From: Fibrobacterales bacterium
Lineage (GTDB): Bacteria; Fibrobacterota; Fibrobacteria; Fibrobacterales; JAOPTW01
Assembly (NCBI GenBank): GCA_051532055.1
Contig: JAOPTX010000100.1
Span: forward strand, 1-14,368
DNA: 14,368 nucleotides
Direction: 5' to 3'
A program made the position numbers and the translations under genes. The notes beneath the pieces were generated by a model that was not told the DNA's origin, ran no database searches, and saw nothing but the letters and a program-made list of their open reading frames with translations. This document shows positions 1-7,184 of the stretch, in pieces; position 1 is the first letter of the stretch; every line of letters starts with the position of its first letter.

Positions 1-150
1 TGGACATAGGAATGGGCAGAGTATCTGTTTGGGAGACTGCATAGTTATGCAGGGAAGAAAATATTTTTGTAGAAGCCCCACCGTCCATGGTGGGGCTAGT
101 TTACTATATTCTATCTAGTCATACGTTAGCATAAACAATTATTGGGTACA

Positions 151-597
151 ATGACAAAAATAATTATTGGCATCTTTGGATTAAGTATTGTTATAGGGTT
201 TTTAATTCTACATAACTTTGATTTTTTGCTTAAAACAAATCAACTTCAAGTTATAGAGAATGGGCATGAACTGAACATAGAAGCATATCAAAGAGGAAAG
301 GACCAAATATTAATATTTTTGTACCCGACCAATGTCTTATCAAATATACTGTTAATCGATCACTCATCTAATATTATTTATAGCGTCAATCCGCCAAGAG
401 AATTTCTAGGAATCAAATTTTATAATTCGGACACGAAGTATCCAGGAATTAAAATAGATGATGGTGTAAAAATGGAAGGATGGGAATATAAATTCAAAAA
501 TAACGTATATAAAATAAAAAGTTTAGATTCCACTTTAAATGTACATGGTACCGCCAAAATCCCAATGAAAGAATATCGCCTCGAAATAAGGCTATAA
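151..597 (+). CDS. Hypothetical protein with N-terminal membrane anchor/signal
   Basis: ORF 142..597; ATG at 151 preferred over TTG 142; hydrophobic stretch IIIGIFGLSIVIGFLIL; no recognised domain. Confidence 0.7.
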   Translation: MTKIIIGIFGLSIVIGFLILHNFDFLLKTNQLQVIENGHELNIEAYQRGKDQILIFLYPTNVLSNILLIDHSSNIIYSVNPPREFLGIKFYNSDTKYPGIKIDDGVKMEGWEYKFKNNVYKIKSLDSTLNVHGTAKIPMKEYRLEIRL

Positions 598-703
598 AGC
601 ATACCAATAAATCAAATGGGTAAGTTCACGACCATTATCCAAGTGATAACAGAAAAGTTAAACATCTATTAAAAAACCTGTTTATAAGTAGGAATCTGGA
701 TGG

Positions 704-778
704 ATATAACGAAACGTTGGAGCGGTAATTGAAAAGAGTTATATTGTGGAATAAATTCCGCTCAACTAAAAGTTATTA
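704..778 (+). repeat. Classical-architecture attC site
   Basis: R'' ATATAAC(704-710), 5-nt spacer, GTTG[G]AGCGG[T]AATT(716-730) pairing with AATTCCGCTCAAC(754-766) with two unpaired bases, 5-nt spacer, R' GTTATTA(772-778). Confidence 0.65.
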
Positions 779-826
779 TGGAAGGCTTTGATATATTGAT
801 CCATTACCGTGACACAGAATAACTAT

Positions 827-1591
827 ATGAAAAATATTATAACCTTATTCTCCGTGATTATTTTACAAGCGTTTGTAGGATGTTCAGCGAGTAAGCCTTT
901 GAAGGAGACTAATGAGTATCATTTCACAGGTGATGTTAAGGATCTATTAGATACAACAGTAGCATATAAAACTAAAACGATTGAACCTATATACATTGAC
1001 GGTAAGTCACATACTTTTATATCACCTGAATTTCCTGATTATCAAAAAATAATGGGAAAAAAGATGAATAACCCTCGGCAGTTATTGTTGTCAAATTTGG
1101 ATTGCTGGTCAAAAGTATCGAGTGATGCCTCCTGTAGAACTGAGGTACTATTTTCAGATTCCTCAAAACAGATATTACAGATAATTAAACAAAAAAGCTT
1201 CCTGGGTTGGTTGCAGCCTGACGAAACTAAGCGAAAACCCAAGAGGATATTTGTTTTTAAAGAACCAGATCATAAATTATTCCATTCATTACCCTTCAAT
1301 GATGAGGCGCTTGTTACATATTTTAGAATGCGTTCTGATATTAAATCCATAACAACATTTAAAGAAGAGCCCCCCTCAATGGCCTCGATTGTTGTGGTGG
1401 GTATTATGGTTGCAACTCCTGCTTTTCTTGCTTCTATGGTCATAGAGTCAGTAGTGTATGCAATAGATAAAAATTATTCATGGAAACGAGTTGGGATATA
1501 CACTGGTAGTATGGTAGGTGGGGTAATGGGGCTCGGGCTCGTATTATGGACCGGTGAAATCTCAGTCAAAATTGTGAAAGTAGATTTCTAA
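827..1591 (+). CDS. Hypothetical lipoprotein with two C-terminal TM helices
   Basis: MKNIITLFSVIILQAFVG-C lipobox-like N-terminus from ATG 827 (ORF track starts at GTG 809); two hydrophobic segments near the C-terminus. Confidence 0.75.
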   Translation: MKNIITLFSVIILQAFVGCSASKPLKETNEYHFTGDVKDLLDTTVAYKTKTIEPIYIDGKSHTFISPEFPDYQKIMGKKMNNPRQLLLSNLDCWSKVSSDASCRTEVLFSDSSKQILQIIKQKSFLGWLQPDETKRKPKRIFVFKEPDHKLFHSLPFNDEALVTYFRMRSDIKSITTFKEEPPSMASIVVVGIMVATPAFLASMVIESVVYAIDKNYSWKRVGIYTGSMVGGVMGLGLVLWTGEISVKIVKVDF

Positions 1592-1689
1592 TAATATCTC
1601 CGCCGTCCCTGGCGGCGTTCGCTAAAAAAAAACATTTTCTTTTCTCCCAAATGGACATCATGCAAGGCATGCCCATTCCTACGATCCAC

Positions 1690-1755
1690 CAACAACAAAA
1701 GCACAAAACCTTTTTCCTAAATATGAAAAAGGCTTCGTACATTTTGTGAACGTTG
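1690..1755 (+). repeat. attC-like core site 1
   Basis: CAAC-aacaaaa-GCAC..CCTTTTTC-ctaaatat-GAAAAAGG..GTAC..CGTTG. Confidence 0.8.
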
Positions 1756-1804
1756 CAAGACATATTTTATTGGGGATTAAAAGTGAGATTATTTTTAAAT
1801 TTTA

Positions 1805-1833
1805 GGAACATTTCTAGATGAATAATCGTCTAA
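1805..1833 (+). promoter_or_regulatory. Putative ECF sigma promoter
   Basis: GGAAC-N17-CGTCTAA; same motif and spacing at 2995 and 7127. Confidence 0.65.
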
Positions 1834-1862
1834 CTAACAAATCAACTAATTTTGGATTATTA

Positions 1863-2813
1863 ATGAAATATTCTATTGGACTTACCTTAATCCTTTTCCT
1901 TTTAAATTGTGCCGAATCAACAAATAATAATGACTTAGTGCAAGAAGAAACGGAATCAATACAAGAAAATACAACCGCACTTTGTTCTGATGGATTAGAC
2001 AATAATCAAAATAATAAAATAGATTGTGAAGATTATAATTGCTTCAATATGACTGTATGTACTGATAAGTATAAGGATGGTCCATATTGTCAAAAGAACC
2101 CTGACTTGTGTGGTTATTTTTTGGACTCTCGTGACAGCAATGAGTATAAATGGGTGAACATTGGCTCACAAGTGTGGATGGGTGAAAATCTTGCATATAT
2201 TCCAGAAGTTTCACATGTACATATTGGTTCTGAGCTTAGTTCGGCAATGGACGATTCATATTATTATGTATATGATTTCCCTGAATATGATTCTTTAGGT
2301 GAACATTTTCATAATTATCAAGAGAGTCAATATTATTTGTCATTTGGTGTTTTGTATAATTGGAATGCTGCTATGAAAAAAGATTCAGCAAGTAACCTTG
2401 TTCCAAGTGGAGTTCAAGGAGTATGTCCTGATGATTGGCACTTGCCTTCTAAAGATGAATGGGATATTTTAGCAGAATATATAGATCAACAATTGGATAA
2501 TGTTGGGCCAATGAGTGATCAACCTGATAGGATTCATTGGGAGTATGTAGGCGGGTATTTGCAGGCACAGAGTGGGTGGCGAGATGACAATTTTGATAAA
2601 CCCGATTCAACAAGATTTGGATTTTCCGCTTTACCTTCCGGAGTGCGTTCAAATGCCCAATTTGATGGATACATGTATTTTGGATATTGGTGGACATCTA
2701 GTGAATTTTCAAAAGAAAGAGGTTGGTATAGGTTGTTGGCATCTAATGGTTATTTGCAATCTCCCTCTCGAGATAAAAGTTTAGGGATGTCGGTAAGGTG
2801 TTTAAAAAATTGA
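1863..2813 (+). CDS. FISUMP (Fibrobacter succinogenes major paralogous domain, Fib_succ_major) lipoprotein
   Basis: Motifs DSRDSNEYKWVNIGSQVWMGENL, GVLYNWNAAM, GVCPDDWHLPSKDEW, GFSALPSG, WWTSSE, GMSVRCLKN; lipobox LLN-C; Cys/Asp-rich CSDGLDNNQNNKIDCEDYNC motif; ATG 1863 preferred over 1818 because the putative promoter overlaps 1818. Confidence 0.9.
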   Translation: MKYSIGLTLILFLLNCAESTNNNDLVQEETESIQENTTALCSDGLDNNQNNKIDCEDYNCFNMTVCTDKYKDGPYCQKNPDLCGYFLDSRDSNEYKWVNIGSQVWMGENLAYIPEVSHVHIGSELSSAMDDSYYYVYDFPEYDSLGEHFHNYQESQYYLSFGVLYNWNAAMKKDSASNLVPSGVQGVCPDDWHLPSKDEWDILAEYIDQQLDNVGPMSDQPDRIHWEYVGGYLQAQSGWRDDNFDKPDSTRFGFSALPSGVRSNAQFDGYMYFGYWWTSSEFSKERGWYRLLASNGYLQSPSRDKSLGMSVRCLKN

Positions 2814-2858
2814 TAACTGAATAGTATCTAAATATAACCCCCAATAAAATACATCTTG

Positions 2859-2931
2859 CAACAGCCGAAGCACTCAAGCTTTTTTCTATGCACTGAAGTG
2901 CAAAAAGCCTGCGTACATTCGCCAAACGTTG
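2859..2931 (+). repeat. attC-like core site 2
   Basis: CAAC-agccgaa-GCAC...GTAC..CGTTG; 71/73 identical to site 3. Confidence 0.85.
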
Positions 2932-2994
2932 TAGTCAATTTAAAAAGGGGCCAGTAAGTGCCTTCGGCATTTATTGAATAAATTCTATTTTTGA

Positions 2995-3023
2995 GGCACA
3001 TTTTTTCTTTTATTTTCGTCTAA
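2995..3023 (+). promoter_or_regulatory. Putative ECF sigma promoter
   Basis: GGCAC-N17-CGTCTAA upstream of the lipoprotein gene. Confidence 0.6.
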
Positions 3024-3050
3024 TAGATGTGATATCAATTGGTGCCCAAT

Positions 3051-4193
3051 ATGTTTAAAATTTTAATACTTGTAGTTTATGTTTTTTTGCTCTGCTCTTG
3101 CTCATGGTTAATGGATGGGGATTCCTCTTCACCAATTGAAAGTAATTGGATTAAAGATAAAAATATTGATGGATATTCTAATGCGCAACTCAATAGTAGT
3201 ACCAGAAATGATACCCTATTCGTTGCAACTATAAATGATTACTATATCATGTCAATTGATTCTTTGTCAGATGGTTTTGAGGTGATAACACGATATACTA
3301 CTCATGATTATTTTGATATGGGGCAGAAGCCTACGATATCAAAAGACTATTTAATCAGGTTCAATGATCAGTCTTATTCCTTGCTTGATTCAAATGATGG
3401 TTTGTACAATCATATTCCACAACTTTATATAGAGGTTTCAAAGACCGAAGATTTATCTAGGCCTTCTAGCATGAAGTATCCAAGAGTTGATTCTCTTGAT
3501 TTTGGTGTTAACATTCAAGAATCTGAGTTTTACCCACAAGAACAATGCCTAATTTCAGGTGATCGAGGTGTGTTTTTTTATAGATATCTCGATACAATTG
3601 ATGAAAAAGAGGTGAATAACAACGTTGCTTTCTTTAGTATTACTCCAGATAAAAATCGTAATTGGTTACCCAATATTTCGATTGATAGCACAATGAGTTT
3701 AGGACAAAGACACTTAAATATTACAAGCCTAAATACTATTGATGGATACTTTTATTTTAGTAGCAGAGAAGTGTTTGTTATAATTTCGCCAAATAATATT
3801 GTTACAATACAAGAAATTAATTCTAATGATGACATCATATTTGATGTTATTAAAGATCCATTTGGTTCAAAATTGTTTAGAATACACGAAAATAAAATTA
3901 TGGAATCCACTGATATGGGATATAGTTGGATTGAAAAGTATTCCGTTTCACATTTTTACAGTACGATGCACTATGTTCAAATTGATTCAAAAATTATTGG
4001 TTATTCAATGAATCAAATATTTGAAATTGTTATGGGAGATGATGGTGTCATCGTTAATGAAATTAACAATGAGGGCATCGGACAAACTCAAATTACTTCC
4101 ATTAGTAATGTTAATGATGAAATGATTTATCTCACGACCACAAGTGGTGGTTATTATAGAAAAATGGAAGATTTTTTTGAGTATAAAGAATAG
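3051..4193 (+). CDS. Hypothetical lipoprotein, probably beta-rich/propeller-like
   Basis: MFKILILVVYVFLLCS-C lipobox from ATG 3051; one Asp-box-like STDMGYSW; the TAG stop lies inside the cassette's right inverted arm. Confidence 0.8.
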   Translation: MFKILILVVYVFLLCSCSWLMDGDSSSPIESNWIKDKNIDGYSNAQLNSSTRNDTLFVATINDYYIMSIDSLSDGFEVITRYTTHDYFDMGQKPTISKDYLIRFNDQSYSLLDSNDGLYNHIPQLYIEVSKTEDLSRPSSMKYPRVDSLDFGVNIQESEFYPQEQCLISGDRGVFFYRYLDTIDEKEVNNNVAFFSITPDKNRNWLPNISIDSTMSLGQRHLNITSLNTIDGYFYFSSREVFVIISPNNIVTIQEINSNDDIIFDVIKDPFGSKLFRIHENKIMESTDMGYSWIEKYSVSHFYSTMHYVQIDSKIIGYSMNQIFEIVMGDDGVIVNEINNEGIGQTQITSISNVNDEMIYLTTTSGGYYRKMEDFFEYKE

Positions 4194-4212
4194 CCCCTTT
4201 TTAAACTGACTA

Positions 4213-4285
4213 CAACAGCCGAAGCACGCAAGCTTTTTTCTATGCACTGAAGTGCAAAAAGCCTGCGTACATTCGCCAAGCGTTG
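4213..4285 (+). repeat. attC-like core site 3
   Basis: Near-identical to site 2. Confidence 0.85.
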
Positions 4286-4538
4286 TAGAACATTATGCAA
4301 GACATCACATCATACTATGTAAATAGATAGAGAAGTAATACCCGGCTCATGAATTAAATATTACCGGCCACGAAAGCGGCAATCGTCCTAATTGCCACAG
4401 GTAAATTATTTTTAAAATAAAGAAGTATTTGAGAATTATGATTTATAGTAGTTGTAAATTCTTTGTAAATAAAAGAGGCTGCAATGATTCTACTTTGCTA
4501 AAAAATTACATTTGTCCTTTATTAAAATGAAGGTTTAC

Positions 4539-6245
4539 ATGAAGATAAAACTCTTAATTATACTAGTACTAGCCTTACTTTCATTTGCTTTTTCAGAGAC
4601 AAGAACTGTTCTTTGTTTTAAAGACAATATCAGTACTCAGGATAATGTTTGTAATAATAATGATTCACTACTAAGTGCCGTTGCAAAATCAGGTAATTAC
4701 GATTACGTAATAATAGGTAATGGTGTATGGAAAGACCTTGCAATAAATATCAACACATATTACTTGAGGTTTTTGGCTGAGGAAACAGGTAAAGTTTTTT
4801 TTACTGGTCAATCAAGTATTATTGTTAATGCAAAAAAAGTTGAAATAAGAGGTATTACCTTTAAAGATGGAGGATTGCCTCCTGGTAGTGAGTCTATAAT
4901 AAAGCTTTCTGGTGGGAGCAATGAATCAACTATAGAAGATTGTGTGATTTCATACTATAACCCAGAAGATCCTATGACAGAGTATGATTGGATCCACATT
5001 GGTAAAGGTAATAATAACAAAATCAGAAACAATATTTTTGAAGGTAAAAATCACAAAGGAACTCTTATAGAAGTAAGACATAGATTGTGCCTACAGTCTT
5101 CAGAAGCTTGTAATATACCAGTATTTATTAAAGAAGGTATAGTTGATAATCAATTATATGAGAATACAACAATGTATTATCCTAGTAATACGGGGAATAA
5201 TATTATTGAAAAAAATACTTTTATAGATTGTATTAAAGGAAATGATAATAGCAATGGATATGAAATAATTCGTATTGGTTTAGATGTTGAGCAACAAATA
5301 ATATCAAACAATATTGTTAGAATGAATTTATTTGAAAATATTTTAATGGAAGATGAAATAATTTCTAGCAAATCTACTGGCAATAAATATCTCAATAATG
5401 TTTTCAAAAATTGTAGAGGTGGTTTGTCCCTAAGACATGGGAATGATAATGTTGTAATGGGAAATGTGTTCATGCGAGGAAATGAATTTAATGATAATAT
5501 GTCTGGACTATTTATAATGGGGGAAGGACATATCGTAGTAAATAATTATTTTCAGGGGCTCAATGGCAATGCAATTCAGATAAGGTATGGAGATAAAGAT
5601 GTCTATTCCAATTCGTCTAATGGTTTTGCATTTGTAAAAGATTTAATTTTAAGTTTTAATACTTTTGTTGATTGTAGCAGGTACTTTTATTTTTATCAGC
5701 ATGAAAAACAATTATTATCTCCCACGGAAGCGAACATATCTCACAATATCTTTCAAACAGGTACAGAATTACAAGATTTGTTTTTAGTAACTAATACGGG
5801 AGATTGGAACTCACCAGAACAAAAGTATGATAGAACATCATCTAAGGATATAAATGAAATTCCTGATGTTTTTTGGAATAAGAATATATGGGCATCGACA
5901 TATCAAGAAAATGAACTGATGGTTAATAACTATATAGGCAGTGTTTTATATCTCTCCAAAGATGATCTCTATAAACCTAAACATGAATTAAGTAATTTGT
6001 TACTTGAAATAGATTTGCCTGAAAACCTAAAGTCAATTATGAAAAATGATTTATATGGGGGATTGCGTTCTAATGAATTGATGACAATTGGAGCTATTGA
6101 AGTTATGGAAACGACACAACATGACCCCAATTATACTTTGGATGAATTGATGTCTTTACCTTTGCTTTTTAGGCCAAATTCAAGAATGCTAAATAGTTCG
6201 ATGAATACAAATTACTTAATGCCAATAATTTCAATACTAAAATAA
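4539..6245 (+). CDS. Secreted polysaccharide lyase family 6 (chondroitinase B / alginate lyase-like beta-helix)
   Basis: PL6 motifs NGYEIIRIG, EDEIISSKS (catalytic Lys position), GGLSLRHG (catalytic Arg position), GHIVVNNYF; signal peptide from ATG 4539 with GAAGG upstream; substrate not determinable. Confidence 0.85.
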   Translation: MKIKLLIILVLALLSFAFSETRTVLCFKDNISTQDNVCNNNDSLLSAVAKSGNYDYVIIGNGVWKDLAININTYYLRFLAEETGKVFFTGQSSIIVNAKKVEIRGITFKDGGLPPGSESIIKLSGGSNESTIEDCVISYYNPEDPMTEYDWIHIGKGNNNKIRNNIFEGKNHKGTLIEVRHRLCLQSSEACNIPVFIKEGIVDNQLYENTTMYYPSNTGNNIIEKNTFIDCIKGNDNSNGYEIIRIGLDVEQQIISNNIVRMNLFENILMEDEIISSKSTGNKYLNNVFKNCRGGLSLRHGNDNVVMGNVFMRGNEFNDNMSGLFIMGEGHIVVNNYFQGLNGNAIQIRYGDKDVYSNSSNGFAFVKDLILSFNTFVDCSRYFYFYQHEKQLLSPTEANISHNIFQTGTELQDLFLVTNTGDWNSPEQKYDRTSSKDINEIPDVFWNKNIWASTYQENELMVNNYIGSVLYLSKDDLYKPKHELSNLLLEIDLPENLKSIMKNDLYGGLRSNELMTIGAIEVMETTQHDPNYTLDELMSLPLLFRPNSRMLNSSMNTNYLMPIISILK

Positions 6246-6256
6246 TAAGGATGAAT

Positions 6257-6598
6257 ATGAATATTAAAAATTTAATGTTTTTTGTTTTGTTTTCGATAGC
6301 CACTACGTTTGCTGGTTATACTTGGACTCAAACAACAAGACCAGTTATGATTCAAGGTGATTGGTATGGTACAGGGCTCTATATACAAACAGAGAATGGA
6401 CATAATGTTTTTTTAAAACATTCAGATTTTGATTCAAAAATGTTAAATGTCTATCATACAATGTTGCTCATGGCACAAAGTGGTCAAATAAATCTCACAA
6501 TTCAATATAGAACAGATGTTACAACCTCCTATTCACCTTATGGTGTTGTGTTACCTTTTGGTCATATAAAGCAAATTCGTTCAATGAATATTAATTAG
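6257..6598 (+). CDS. Small secreted hypothetical protein, second gene of the PL6 cassette
   Basis: Signal peptide ending TFA; TAAGGA RBS directly after the PL6 stop; ATG 6257 (alternative 6251). Confidence 0.75.
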   Translation: MNIKNLMFFVLFSIATTFAGYTWTQTTRPVMIQGDWYGTGLYIQTENGHNVFLKHSDFDSKMLNVYHTMLLMAQSGQINLTIQYRTDVTTSYSPYGVVLPFGHIKQIRSMNIN

Positions 6599-6863
6599 TT
6601 ATCTCTATTCTTACCGAAAGATTAAGGACTTCACAATAATATTATTATATAAATAGGGCAGTTTCTAAGAGCAAGTCTCGGTGCGAACCACAATACGGTT
6701 TTCTATTAAGATGTTGTCTTTGGAATAACCCTAATTTAAGTTTTGTTTCATGATTCTATCAACTTCCGCTATCCTGCTACAGTTGATGTGGCCGGAAAGA
6801 GTTTAAAGCCGGGCGCTATAAAAGTACTGCATTGGTAGGGAAAAGTCTTGCATAACGATTCTA

Positions 6864-7042
6864 CAACAGGGTGAGCAGGCAATTACCGTGTCGTAAGTGA
6901 ACTGCATTCGATCGGTCGCTAAAGCTCCTCGCTCTCATGCAACCCAAGCAGAGCTTGGGAGTTCACTAACTCCACTTTTTTATCCAAAATCGTAAAGACC
7001 GATTTTGGATAAAAATAACTGCCTACTGGCACCCAAACGTTG
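6864..7042 (+). repeat. attC-like core site 4 (long, multibranched)
   Basis: CAAC-agggtga-GCAGGCAATTA...TAACTGCCTAC..CGTTG enclosing several internal hairpins. Confidence 0.8.
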
Positions 7043-7126
7043 TTTAAAATATTCGATTGTTAAAAAGAATAGAAAAAAGCTAAATTTAAAGAAATATTCA
7101 ATAATATCAGTTTTATTTAAAATCTG

Positions 7127-7155
7127 GTAACATTTTTAAAACTTTAATCGTCTAA
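7127..7155 (+). promoter_or_regulatory. Putative ECF sigma promoter
   Basis: GTAAC-N17-CGTCTAA, followed by AGGAG RBS and ATG 7185. Confidence 0.65.
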
Positions 7156-7184
7156 GTATATAAAGATCTAAGCAGGAGCTTAAT

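Noticed and set aside
2952..2976. Hairpin CAGTAAGTGCC-TTC-GGCATTTATTG just inside a left arm
   Set aside because: Single occurrence; its G:T pairs favour the + strand, unlike the arms; function cannot be assigned
2859..4285. Cores as simple Rho-independent terminators
   Set aside because: No 3' U-tract on the + strand; conserved CAAC/CGTTG boxes and arms are not explained by termination
6210..6245. C-terminal NYLMPIISILK of PL6 as a sorting signal
   Set aside because: Only one instance in the window; cannot be supported without a homologue search
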